Position numbers and translations under genes: made by a program. A DNA stretch of 55,930 nt, from positions 1 to 55,930 of the forward strand of contig JBJEHN010000106.1 of NCBI GenBank assembly GCA_051876105.1, written 5' to 3'. Below are positions 35,184-45,288 of this stretch, piece by piece. Source of the stretch: Coriobacteriales bacterium (lineage in GTDB: Bacteria; Actinomycetota; Coriobacteriia; Coriobacteriales; QAMH01). The notes below the pieces were generated by a model. The model was not told the origin of the DNA. It saw only the letters and a program-made list of their open reading frames with translations, and ran no database searches. How positions within the stretch are numbered: position 1 is the stretch's first letter; each line of letters begins with the position of its first letter.

Positions 35184-35717
35184 ATGTTCTACTACAGCGA
35201 ATATAGCTCACCCTTTGCCGAGCTGACGATGGCGAGCGACGGCAGCTCTGTCTGCGGGCTATGGCTCAAAGGGCAGAAGTACTTTGGGGGCACGGTTGCG
35301 GAGGAGATGGTGCGCGAGGACGAGGCAGGCGGCCTTCCCCAGCTGCGGGAATGGCTTGATGCGTACTTTGCAGGCACTCCCCTGCCGCCCAGCACCGTGC
35401 CCCTCGCGCCTATCGGGAGCAGCTTTCGCCAGGCGGTGTGGGCAAAGCTGCTCGAGATACCCTACGGCGAGCTGACCACCTACGGGGCCATCGCCAAGCA
35501 GCTGAAGGCTGAGCGGGGCAAGGCGTCTGCACTGGCTGTGGGTGGCGCAGTGGGCCACAACCCCATCTCGATCATCATCCCCTGCCACCGCGTCGTAGGT
35601 GCTGGCGGCAACCTCACCGGCTATGCGGGTGGGCTGGACAAGAAGGTCTGGCTCCTTGAGCACGAAGGCGTTGACATGAGCAAGCTCTACCGCCCCAAGC
35701 ACGGCACAGCGCTCTGA
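35184..35717 (+). CDS. ogt: Methylated-DNA--protein-cysteine methyltransferase
   Basis: IPYG..TYG, AVGGAVGHNP, active-site PCHRV, GYAGG; GGGAGG RBS. Confidence 0.95.
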   Translation: MFYYSEYSSPFAELTMASDGSSVCGLWLKGQKYFGGTVAEEMVREDEAGGLPQLREWLDAYFAGTPLPPSTVPLAPIGSSFRQAVWAKLLEIPYGELTTYGAIAKQLKAERGKASALAVGGAVGHNPISIIIPCHRVVGAGGNLTGYAGGLDKKVWLLEHEGVDMSKLYRPKHGTAL

Positions 35718-35804
35718 TCAGGGCCACCTCTCTGCGCTTGCTCGCCAAATGAGAGGTGCGGGCTGCCGAGGGAGAGCAAACTGCCTCTTGTAAGGAGGTG
35801 CGTT

Positions 35805-36665
35805 ATGAACTGGCTAGACGATCTGAACAACGCGATGGATCTTATCGAGGAGCGCCTGCCCGGGGAGGTCTCCCTTGAGGAAGTTGCGCGCACAGCGGGG
35901 TGCTCGGCATTCCACCTGCAGCGCATGTTCCCTTACCTCACGGGGCTCACCTTGGCAGACTACCTGCGCCGCCGCAGGCTCAGCCTTGCGGCGATGGAGC
36001 TCGCGGACGGCCGCCGCGTGACAGATGTGGCCTTTGACTACGGCTACGACTCCCCCACCGCGTTCACCCGCGCGTTCAAAACCTTGCACGGCGTTGCGCC
36101 CAGCAAGGTCTCGCAGGGCGAGGCTCAGGTCAAAGCCTACCCGCGCCTCGTGTTCAGCCTCTCGGTAAAAGGAGACGAAGCGATGGAGTACACGATCAAG
36201 ACCATTCCCGCGTTCAGGGTCGTCGGCGCGCAGGCCGGAGACGACTGGAGCTTTGAAGAAGCCGGGCAGAAGGCAACCGAGTTCTGGGAGCAACTGGGCA
36301 CCAGCGGCCTGTACCCGCAGATCCTAGCCTGCAGGGACGGCTCCGGCCCCGATGCCCTGCTGGGCGTCTCGTTCTGCGATGACGGCGCGTTCAAGGGCTA
36401 CCTAGTGAGCGTGGCAACCAACGCCCCCTGCCCTGAGAACCTGGTGGAGCGCACGGTGCCAGAGGCAACCTACGCCGTGTTCCCCTGTGTGGGCGCGCTG
36501 CCGCAGGCTATGCAGGAGCTGCAGCGCCGCATCGTGCAGAAGTGGCTGCCCTCAAGCGGCTATGAATGGGCGGCCCGCGCAGACGTAGAGGTCTACTTCG
36601 ACGAGGACATGAGCTCACCCAGCTGCCGCAGCGAGGTTTGGCTCCCCATCGTCAAGCGGGTCTAA
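35805..36665 (+). CDS. AraC-family regulator with GyrI-like effector domain
   Basis: 'YLRRRRLSLAA', 'YGYDSPTAFTRAF', C-terminal 'WLPSSGYE...EVWLPI'. Confidence 0.9.
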   Translation: MNWLDDLNNAMDLIEERLPGEVSLEEVARTAGCSAFHLQRMFPYLTGLTLADYLRRRRLSLAAMELADGRRVTDVAFDYGYDSPTAFTRAFKTLHGVAPSKVSQGEAQVKAYPRLVFSLSVKGDEAMEYTIKTIPAFRVVGAQAGDDWSFEEAGQKATEFWEQLGTSGLYPQILACRDGSGPDALLGVSFCDDGAFKGYLVSVATNAPCPENLVERTVPEATYAVFPCVGALPQAMQELQRRIVQKWLPSSGYEWAARADVEVYFDEDMSSPSCRSEVWLPIVKRV

Positions 36666-36928
36666 CGGGCGGCAGCCTCGCCGCTTGTGGCCGCCTGGCT
36701 TGCGGTTGGTGTTTGGAGCCTCAAACAGGCCCAGTGGTTGGTGTTTGAAGGGAAAAGACCGCCGTAAGGCTCAAACGGGCATTTAAGACAACAACCAATG
36801 CAGGGTGCGTCAAAGCCGCGCTCTAGATGCGGAGCGCGAAAAGGCCGCGCGTAGCATGCAGGTAATGGAGAGGGTAGCTAGGTATACACTGGGTTGGTAT
36901 TGGGAGAGCATTGAGAGGGAGATCCATC

Positions 36929-37135
36929 ATGAGCCGCAAGATCCTCGTTGTCATCGGCAGCCCGCGCAAGGGCGGCAACACCACCATCCTGGCTGAGGCC
37001 TTTGCCCGCGGAGCGCGCGAGGCGGGCCACGAGGTCGAATTCGTGGACTCCGGCCGCGCGAAAATCGCCGGTTGCCTGGGGTGCGAGTACTGCTTCAAAC
37101 CTATCCACAATTTCATAAAGTGTACACAATTCTGA
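36929..37135 (+). pseudogene. Truncated 5' copy of flavodoxin-family gene (left island junction)
   Basis: 36929-37100 matches 50107-50278 with one mismatch, then diverges and stops. Confidence 0.85.
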
Positions 37136-37211
37136 GTGTATCTTCGGGCATAGGCGTCTTCGTGCATGCCTGTTAGAAGGTGCTGCGAAATTCGTCACCG
37201 GCAAGCCGCCG

Positions 37212-37862
37212 GTGGACTATGAGAAGTGGTACACGGACGAACAGGTCGAAGCCATCATCCAGAACCTCCGTACCTACCGCGACAAGGCGGTCTTCTCAAT
37301 CTCTCTGGACGGCCTGCGAGTCGACGAAATCCTGTCATCCAGGATCGACCTGTACAGCGCCAGCGATGGCACGCTGAAGCTCGCTCGCAGCAAGGGCAGA
37401 AGCGAGGGAGCGGGGCGGCTCTGCGTTCTCTCCGAAAGGTCACGCAATCTTCTCGAGGAGTACCTCTACAACGAGCGCAGCATTGTCGAGCAAAAGCTGA
37501 TCGAGGCTGGCTTGGTTGTGCCCCTCGAGCTGTTCTTGAACCTCCGCGAGCGCGAGGGCAGCTTCGGCAAGCCGATGGCCTACCACAACACCCTAGAAAT
37601 CATCAAACGTGCTGCCAAGCGCGCGGGACTGGACCCCGCCAAGATACGCACGCACTCGGGGAGAAGCACGAAGGCCGGCGAGCTGTTCAGGATACAGGCC
37701 AAGAACCCCGAGAAGATGACCGACAACCAGATCCTCGAGATCATGGGGTGGAAAAGCATGACCTCTGCGGAGCCCTACAAGAACAGGCAGGACCGCGAGA
37801 CGGCCGTCGAGAACTGGAAGCGGCTCGAGACAGCGAAGACTGAGAGGCACGCCGATGATTAG
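37212..37862 (+). pseudogene. Tyrosine recombinase, N-terminally truncated
   Basis: GLRVDE, HSGRST, MGW...EPY catalytic motifs; no N-terminal domain. Confidence 0.75.
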
Positions 37863-39777
37863 AAACCCCGAGCAGGCGCTGGTTTTCCTTAGGGAATGCA
37901 GCAAGGAACAACCGAAGCACCTGCGCTTCAAACACATAGTGACGACCCTCACAGCCGACGACCTGCAGCTCCTGGCCGATTGCATTGCGAGCAGGGAGCA
38001 ACTCACCTCCTGTAGCACCCTTATGTCAAAGTACACGCCGTATTCTTTCGAGATGCTAGTCGACAAAGCTGTCCCAGCGATGTTTGCCGATGAGGACATC
38101 GAGGACTGCATCCTCGATGTCCTCATCTCGATGCACGAGAACGAGACTTTGCACGCCATTTGTACAATGAGGCCACCGCTAACGGGAACATGCGCTTGCT
38201 GGGCAGTATCCCAAAAAGGGTGAACACGATTCTCTCCATGTTGGCCGAGCTCGCGGGGCAATACGGCATCGCAGGGCCAGCAGAGGTTGCAGAGTCGCAC
38301 GTACTCGTTTCGCTGACGCAGCTGAGCAGAAAGGGCCGAGCGGCCAGCACAATCGCAGGCCACCTGGCGAAAGTCAGAGAGTTCTTCCGCTACCTGATAC
38401 AAGAGGGGCGCTTGGATGCTGACCCGACTGCCAACATCAGGGTCGGGCAGGGCGTAGGCTACAGCAATGCAACCCGTGAAATCCCAGAGGACATCCTCGT
38501 CTTCATCGAAGACCATATCGACGAGATGAGGCCGCGCGAGTGCCGCCTCATCTTCAAGGTTGCAATGGAGACCGGATGGCGCATCTCCGATATCAGGAAC
38601 ATTCGCGTCGAGGACATCGGGAAAGAACCGACGGCGGATGGCCTAGCCGTAATCAGAACCCGGTCCTCTAAGACGGCGGCTGCCAGGGTGAAGAAGCAGC
38701 TGGGCGACAAGATATTCGCCGTAGTATCAGGCGAGCTGTACCGGGAGATCCTCGACTACGTCGACGAGACCGCTGCCCAGAGGGAGATGTACAGCATCGA
38801 CACGCTGTTCTTCTCAATCTCCAACGGAGCCAAGACGGAGTTCCCGGCATCAAAGCTCAACAAGTCCGTAAACGATCTCCTTGACAAGTACGGGATCAAG
38901 TCCGTCTGCGAGGACTACGACAACTTCACATCCAGGCAAACCCGCAAGACGGTCGCAGTCGAGCTGATCACCTCGGGAGCCGCTCCTGCTGCCGTGCAAA
39001 AACAGCTTGGACATACCAACCAGAGCACCACAGAGCGCATCTACGCGCAGGTGCGGGGCAAGAAGCTCGCCGAGCTGAACAACGAGTTCTACCAGGAGAA
39101 GTTCAATCTGATGTTTGTCGATTTGGTGAGGCCAACCAAGAACATGCCCGTAAGGAAGCGCCGTCTCTGCTTCGCAAGCATCGGCAACGCCAGCCTTAGG
39201 GCAGAGGTGAAGCGGTGGGTGCTCTCGAGGCTTGTTCAGGGACAGGAGCCGCCGTCCCTCAAGCAGATAATCACGTCTTCTATCAGGCCGTTCGCAGAAC
39301 TCGTCCCCGATGGCTGCCGCAGCTTCGCAGAGGTTTCCGGCCAGGTGGTCCTGGCGTTCCACGCATACCTGTTCTCCGGCGAGCAGAGCAGTTCCCTGAA
39401 GACGCGGCTGCAGCACTGGTACAGGGTGGAGGCGTTCTTGAAAGAGGCCGGCTTCTCGAGGCCCTACGAGGACATGAAGAAGCTTGTCGTAGAGAAGTAC
39501 CCTGACCGCGAGCGCAAGGAGGAGAAGTACATCCCCGATGCTGTGGCCCAACCCGAAGACCGGGGGGAAGGACTACAAAATCTACGGCTCAGATATCATG
39601 CCGAGGACACTCGAGAACTGCGACAGGTTCTTCTCCCGCCTCTGCGAATACCGGAAGATAGTCGATGAGAACGGTGAGCCGTACTCGGTCGCAACACACC
39701 AGTTCCGCCACAACGCCATCAGCGACCGCATGAACTCCGGCCTCTTCCGCGCTATCGACATCCTGCCCCTCGTGTGA
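37855..39777 (+). pseudogene. Two further tyrosine recombinases, frameshifted and fused
   Basis: TGWRISD...RQTRKT...LGH...YA (second), then a new N-terminal domain and HQFRH in another frame (third). Confidence 0.7.
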
Positions 39778-39835
39778 GCTGCGCCCGCAGGATGCCTCGG
39801 GCGCCTGCTTGGCGCAAAGGCTGGGCCTGCCCAGC

Positions 39836-40759
39836 TCAGCTGCCCTTCTTCCGGGCGCTGCCCTCGCTGGCGGCGCTCTTGAACCTCATCTTCGAGGCCA
39901 TGTCGACCAGGTTCATGACAGATGGGTTGGAAGACCCCTTCCTCCAAGCGATGCCCGAGCTCACCTCGATCACCGGCTGCGCGAGCGGGCGGTAGTCGAT
40001 GCGGTCGGCCAGGAGGTCGGACATGGAGTCCGTGACGATGGAGACGCCCATGCCCGTGGCCACCAGGCCGAGGATGGTCATGTAGCTGTCCGCCTCCTGC
40101 GCGATCTCGAAGGCGAAGTTCTCCTGCCGGGCGAGGGCGGCAATGAACGCGGCGGCCTCCGTGGCCGCGAGGCCCTGGTAGCTGATGACGCGCTCGGTCA
40201 TGAGGTCCGTGATCTTGAGCGACTCGCGCCCGGAGAGCTTGTGCCCCTTCGGCAAGGCGACGACGACCGACTCCCTGCGCAGGGGGATGTACTCCGCGCC
40301 CTCCGGCGCGCCCGCGTAGTTGGTCACGACGCAGGCGTCGAAGCGGTCCTCCTCGAAGTCCCTCTGCGTGGCCTGGATCCTCTCCGAGAGCATCACCTTC
40401 ACATCCGGGTAGCGCGCGCGGAAGGCGTTGATGACCTCGGGGAAGATGCTGTGGACCGTGCTCGACTCGTAGCCGATCCTGATGACGCCGCTGCGCCCCT
40501 GCGCGACGCGCCTGGCCTGATCCACCCCGTGGTCGAGCAGGGCCATCGCGGTGGCGCAGCTCTCCCTGAGGGACTCGCCAGCCTCCGTGAGGCGCACGGA
40601 GCGCGTGCTGCGCTCGAACAGCTGGAAGCCGAGCTCGCCTTCCAGCTTCTTGATCTGGAAGCTGAGGGGCTGCTCGGCCATGTGCAGGCTGCGGGCCGCC
40701 CTCCCGAAGTGGAGCGTCTCCGCCACCGCCAAGAAGTACTTCAGCTGCCTGAGCTCCAT
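39836..40759 (-). CDS. LysR-family regulator
   Basis: MELRQLKYFLAVAETLHFGRAA...LEGELGFQLFERSTRSVRLTEAG. Confidence 0.95.
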   Translation of the reverse strand: MELRQLKYFLAVAETLHFGRAARSLHMAEQPLSFQIKKLEGELGFQLFERSTRSVRLTEAGESLRESCATAMALLDHGVDQARRVAQGRSGVIRIGYESSTVHSIFPEVINAFRARYPDVKVMLSERIQATQRDFEEDRFDACVVTNYAGAPEGAEYIPLRRESVVVALPKGHKLSGRESLKITDLMTERVISYQGLAATEAAAFIAALARQENFAFEIAQEADSYMTILGLVATGMGVSIVTDSMSDLLADRIDYRPLAQPVIEVSSGIAWRKGSSNPSVMNLVDMASKMRFKSAASEGSARKKGS

Positions 40760-40903
40760 GTGGCCCGCCCTCCACGCGTCATTCATTAACACGAATCATG
40801 TGCCAATCCAAATGTAGTAGGTGGGAATGGAATGTCAATCCCCGCGTATCGTGGGCATCAGGAAGAAACGTCAATCTCCGGACAACACTGAGGAGGTGAT
40901 GTT

Positions 40904-41191
40904 ATGAAGATCCTGACGAGCGACGGCAGGGAGATGGCCAGCATCGACCTTCGCGTGGACAAGGGCGCGGGCACCTGCGACCCGGCGATCAGGTCGTGCG
41001 GGATGCTGGTCGAGGGCCCCAAGTGCGAGATCAGCCTCACCAGGGACCCGGCCTCCGGCGGCCTGCTGCTGAACCTGGGCCTCCCAGAGCTCATGGGCGG
41101 CTCGATCCTCCTTGAGAAAGACGACGTGAGGCAGGTCAAGTCCCTGATGAACAAGGACGCCGTCAAGTTCATGATCCAAGCCTTTATGTGA
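40904..41191 (+). CDS. Small hypothetical protein
   Basis: GGAGGTG RBS; first gene of the operon divergent from LysR. Confidence 0.7.
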   Translation: MKILTSDGREMASIDLRVDKGAGTCDPAIRSCGMLVEGPKCEISLTRDPASGGLLLNLGLPELMGGSILLEKDDVRQVKSLMNKDAVKFMIQAFM

Positions 41192-41272
41192 CGTACGCAC
41201 CGGCCCGCCGGCGCGGCGCGCTGCCGCGGCGCGGGCGAAGGGAACCGCTGGAGAAGAGAAGGGAGGGAAGAG

Positions 41273-41512
41273 ATGAGCGACAAGAGCTGCCGCATCGTGA
41301 ACGGCGAAGGCGGAACCATGATCGAGCTCAAGAGCGTGCGCGTCGAGGGGGACCGCCTGGTCGTGACCGGCGCACTCATGGGCGCATGGGACACCGACAT
41401 GTACCTCGACATCGACGGCCTCAAGGCCGCGATCGGGATCGTGGACATCCCGGAGATCATGGAGTTCCTGGTCAAGAACGTGCTTCAGATCAAGGTCTCG
41501 AAGGAAGGCTAG
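41273..41512 (+). CDS. Small hypothetical protein
   Basis: GGGAGG RBS, strong codon bias. Confidence 0.75.
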   Translation: MSDKSCRIVNGEGGTMIELKSVRVEGDRLVVTGALMGAWDTDMYLDIDGLKAAIGIVDIPEIMEFLVKNVLQIKVSKEG

Positions 41513-41581
41513 ACCCCGGCGCACCAGCGCCACGCAAACACGCGCCCCAGGCGCGCAGAAACCCCCTGTTAGGAGAATGAA

Positions 41582-43150
41582 ATGGCAGAGTACGACGTCA
41601 TCATCATCGGCGGCAACACCCCCGCCCTCGTTGCGGCCACCTACCTGTCCAAGGACGCCGGCCAGAAGGTCCTCATCCTGGAGAAGAGCCCGTTCATCGG
41701 CGGCACCGCCATGACCGTCGAGATGACCCCGGGCTTCAAGTTCCACCCCGCCGCAACCGGCGAGTTCTACGTGCACCCCAAGGTCAACAAGGAGCTCCAG
41801 CTCGAGAAGTACGGCCTGGAGGAGATCCCCTGCAACCCAACGCTGACCACCTCCTTCGGCAACGGCGAGTACCTGAGGCTGTTCCCCGACCACCAAAAGA
41901 CCGCCGAGGAGATCGCGCGCTTCTCCGAGCATGACGCCAAGGCCTACCTCGAGTTCATCAGGAACTGGGGCGCCGTGGGCCAGATGTTCGGCCTGGAGCA
42001 GATGAACGAGGCCCCTTCCATGGCCCAGTTCGTCTCCGCGATGTCGGCGAGCCCCGAGATGGAGCGCATGTGCCGCGACATGCTCTTCGGCACCACCACC
42101 GACATCCTCGACAACTACTTCGAGAACGACTACGTCAAGGCCGCCTTCCTCACCCTCAACGAGGGCAACGTCTCCGGCCCCTCCTCCGGCAACTTCTTCT
42201 TCAACCTCGGGCGCATCCTGCACCCCTGGGGCACCGTCAAGGGCGGCCTGAAGATGGTCGCGGAGGCCCTCGAGGCCTGCGCGCTCGACCACGGCGTGGA
42301 GATCCGCCGCGAGTCCGAGGTCACCAAGATCCTCGTCAAGGACGGCGCCGCCTATGGCGTCGAGGTCAACGGCTCCGAGCAGATCGGCTGCAAGGTCGTC
42401 GTGAGCGAGCTCGAGTGGCCCAAGACCTTCTTCGACCTGACCGGCACCGAGTTCCTGCCAGACACCTTCGTCCGCAACCTCAACGAGATCAAGTACGAGT
42501 GCGGCGGCGTCACCCTCAACCTCGCGCTCGACGAGCTGCCCGACTTCGGCTTCCCCGAGGAGTGCTACAACGGCTTCTTCGGCATCACCAAGCCCGGCTA
42601 CGACTACCAGGAGGAGGCGTTCGCGGAGTACAAGTGCAAGCGCATCCCCGAGCGCATGTGCTCGATGACCTACATCCCCTCCTACATCGAGCCCGGCGTC
42701 TACGCCCCCGAGGGCAAGCACGTCCTGGTCGGCTACGCCTTCCCGATCAACTACTTCCTCAAGGACCGCGAGTGGGACGAGGAGACCAAGAAGGAGCTGC
42801 TGGACAAGTGGATCGACTCCCTCAACGAGTTCGCCCCCGGCATCAAGGACCACGTCATCTACGCCGACGGCTACACCCCCAAGGAGCTTGAGGAGAAGTT
42901 CGGCATGACACACGGCGACCTGGGCCACGGCACCCTGCGCTGGTACCACGAGTTCGGCTACCGCCCCATGCCCGGCTACGCCAACTACCGCGTGCCCATC
43001 AAGAACCTCTACATGGCCGGCCAGAACGTGCACCCGCTCTCTGGCCTGGGCGGCGTCGGCGGCTTCAACGTCGCGCGCGCCATCATCAACGACTACAAGC
43101 TCGACGCGGCTGCCGAGGGCGGCAAGGACGAGTACTCCGACCGCTGGTAG
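41582..43150 (+). CDS. FAD-dependent oxidoreductase, phytoene desaturase-like family
   Basis: YDVIIIGG...LEK...IGG, KGG, APEGKH, TPKELE...GDLGH, YRVPIKNLYMAG..HP..G..G..GFNVA. Confidence 0.9.
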   Translation: MAEYDVIIIGGNTPALVAATYLSKDAGQKVLILEKSPFIGGTAMTVEMTPGFKFHPAATGEFYVHPKVNKELQLEKYGLEEIPCNPTLTTSFGNGEYLRLFPDHQKTAEEIARFSEHDAKAYLEFIRNWGAVGQMFGLEQMNEAPSMAQFVSAMSASPEMERMCRDMLFGTTTDILDNYFENDYVKAAFLTLNEGNVSGPSSGNFFFNLGRILHPWGTVKGGLKMVAEALEACALDHGVEIRRESEVTKILVKDGAAYGVEVNGSEQIGCKVVVSELEWPKTFFDLTGTEFLPDTFVRNLNEIKYECGGVTLNLALDELPDFGFPEECYNGFFGITKPGYDYQEEAFAEYKCKRIPERMCSMTYIPSYIEPGVYAPEGKHVLVGYAFPINYFLKDREWDEETKKELLDKWIDSLNEFAPGIKDHVIYADGYTPKELEEKFGMTHGDLGHGTLRWYHEFGYRPMPGYANYRVPIKNLYMAGQNVHPLSGLGGVGGFNVARAIINDYKLDAAAEGGKDEYSDRW

Positions 43151-43195
43151 GCAGCTGGCCTGAGGCCGCGAGGCGAGACATGAGCTGAGCCAACC

Positions 43196-43219
43196 GGAGC
43201 CCCGAGCAATCGGGGCTCC
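43196..43219 (+). terminator. Hairpin after the oxidoreductase
   Basis: GGAGCCCCGA/TCGGGGCTCC stem with GCAA loop. Confidence 0.55.
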
Positions 43220-43537
43220 ACTGGCACCGGCGCCTGTATGCGCTCTAAGGGGGAATTCATGGCAGAAATCATCATCTTGGAGGAGGGCGCCCCGAGGGGC
43301 TTCTTCAAGGGGAGCTCTGTGGCGTTCGGCGTCATGGGGACCGGGGATTTCAAGAGGGACAGGGAAGAGAGCGTCCGGCAACCCTGCCTGCAGCCAGATG
43401 GCAGCAGGGCGAGCTTCCTCTAGATTCGAGCCGAGTTGTTCCCAAAGCCATCACGGCTGGCTGTTTCCCAAGGTGGGAGCGCAGGGTTTTGGGAGAGCGC
43501 GAAAACCGATGCTGTGAGATTGGAAACGACCTTCAGG

Positions 43538-44242
43538 TTATTTCGTGGGGACCCACAGGCTCGAGGTGCCTGGCTTGCCCTGCCCCGACATGGAGACATA
43601 GCGCTCGACCATGAAGCGCATGGAGTCGTGCGCGTTGTTCTCGAAGATGAGGACATCCTCCTCGCTGTGCGCCATGGGCAGCGGGTGCATGCCCGTGATG
43701 CTGTACACTAGCAGTCCAACGCTCGAGTTCGTGAAGAAGGATGAGAAGAAGTCGATTATCAGGGGGTCCTCGATGCGGCCGCCGGCGGCGAAGCGGACGT
43801 CCTTCCTGAACTCGTGGTAGTACAGGTCAATGAGGTAGTCCTCGAAGTTCGGGACGTCGTGCGTGGTCAGCACCCTGCGGTAATAGGACTTGTCGCTGAG
43901 AGCCTCGTCGATGGCTGTCCAGAAGCCGCCAAGGTTGAGCGCGTCGGCCTCGTTCCTTGCGTCCACGTAGAACGGCATACTCGAGAAGCGGTCGTCGCTG
44001 CCCGCTGGGCCGAAGACAAGGGACTCCGGCGGGTAACGCTTCAGGAGGGCTCTGCCCATGTCGTGCCTGAACGTCCAGATGACGAGGTCGAGCTTGCCCC
44101 TGAAGTGGTAGTAGAAGGTGCTCTTATCGACCTCGCATTCGCGCACGATGTCCATGACGCTGACGCTGTCGATGCCGCGCGCGGTGATCAGCCTCTTGCC
44201 GGCCTCGGAGATCCCCCGCTTCACCAGATTGGACTTTGCCAT
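43538..44242 (-). CDS. TetR/AcrR-family regulator
   Basis: 'SVMDIVRECEVDKSTFYYHFRGKLDL' HTH. Confidence 0.85.
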   Translation of the reverse strand: MAKSNLVKRGISEAGKRLITARGIDSVSVMDIVRECEVDKSTFYYHFRGKLDLVIWTFRHDMGRALLKRYPPESLVFGPAGSDDRFSSMPFYVDARNEADALNLGGFWTAIDEALSDKSYYRRVLTTHDVPNFEDYLIDLYYHEFRKDVRFAAGGRIEDPLIIDFFSSFFTNSSVGLLVYSITGMHPLPMAHSEEDVLIFENNAHDSMRFMVERYVSMSGQGKPGTSSLWVPTK

Positions 44243-44359
44243 CGGCCCTCCCCCTCACTCAAGTCGATGCAGCTCGCAGATGGTGGGTGCCTCCCTGCGT
44301 GCTGAGCATAGCGTACCCGCCCCGTCCTCGCTTGCGCGAGCACTGCGGCGTACAGCCCC

Positions 44360-45142
44360 CTAGCATCCGTCTGTGAGGCAGCCGAGGGGGTCGCTGAACA
44401 CGCGCATCCCGTCTGGCCAGGCTGAGCAAACGAGCGTCAGCCCGTAGTCCCGTGCAAGGCGCACCGCGAACTCGGTTGGGATGGCTTTCGTCACGAGGGT
44501 GGGAATCCTGGCCCTAACGGCCTTACAGACTATCTCGGCTGGCACGCGCCCGCTCGAGAAGATCAGGGAGTGCTCGAGGTCGACGCCGTTTCTCAGGGCA
44601 TAGCCAATCACCTTATCGAAGGCGTTGTGGCGGCCGAGGTCCTCGCGGCAGCACAGCACCTCGTCCCCCGTGGCGAGTCTGCAGCTGTGGGAGCCCATCG
44701 TCCTCTTGTGTACGGGCGTGTCCTCGGCGAAGGCCTTGGCGAGCGAGAACACCTGCTCGATGCTCACCGGCACGGGGCTGAGCTTGTCAAAGCCGGCCGC
44801 GCCGGATACGTACTCCTCGACGCGCGCCCTCGAGGGGCGGGGGTCGACCCCAGCGGCGAGCTGTATGCCGATCCGGGCGCCGTCCGCGCTCACCCTCACG
44901 GAGACCACGTCGTCGACCGAGCGTATCACGCCCTCGGTGAAGAGCCTCCCCACCGCAAGGTCCACGAGCTCGTCAGCCGAGCAGATGAGCTCGCAGAACA
45001 GCGCGTCGTTGACGATCAGGCTCGCCAGGTGCTCTGTCTGCATGCTGCAGCGCTCAGCGATGGGGCGGCCGTCTGGCTTGATGCTGACGACGTCGCAGAA
45101 CGGCTCGGGCAGGGGCTCGCAGAACGCATCCAAAACCTTCAC
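44360..45142 (-). CDS. fdhD: FdhD-type Moco sulfurtransferase
   Basis: 'DLAVGRLFTEG', 'EDLGRHNAFDKVIG', 'SSGRV', 'AIPTEFAV'. Confidence 0.9.
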   Translation of the reverse strand: MKVLDAFCEPLPEPFCDVVSIKPDGRPIAERCSMQTEHLASLIVNDALFCELICSADELVDLAVGRLFTEGVIRSVDDVVSVRVSADGARIGIQLAAGVDPRPSRARVEEYVSGAAGFDKLSPVPVSIEQVFSLAKAFAEDTPVHKRTMGSHSCRLATGDEVLCCREDLGRHNAFDKVIGYALRNGVDLEHSLIFSSGRVPAEIVCKAVRARIPTLVTKAIPTEFAVRLARDYGLTLVCSAWPDGMRVFSDPLGCLTDGC

Positions 45143-45288
45143 GGGTCATCCTTTCGGGTAGGGGCGCTGGCGCCGTGCTGAGAATTGAGATGAGGGCCGC
45201 ACCGGCGTTGGCTAACCGGTGCGGCCCTTGGCAGCCCCCACGAAAAGGAGGTGTTGGGTGATGGGGGCCTGCCGCTGAGAGGAAAGGC

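Noticed and set aside
37101-37135. Terminal inverted repeats of the island (AT-rich ends near 37110 and 49925)
   Set aside because: Only short TGTACA-containing similarity; no convincing inverted repeat
41582-43150. Carotenoid biosynthesis gene crtI
   Set aside because: No crtB/crtE nearby; family-level resemblance only
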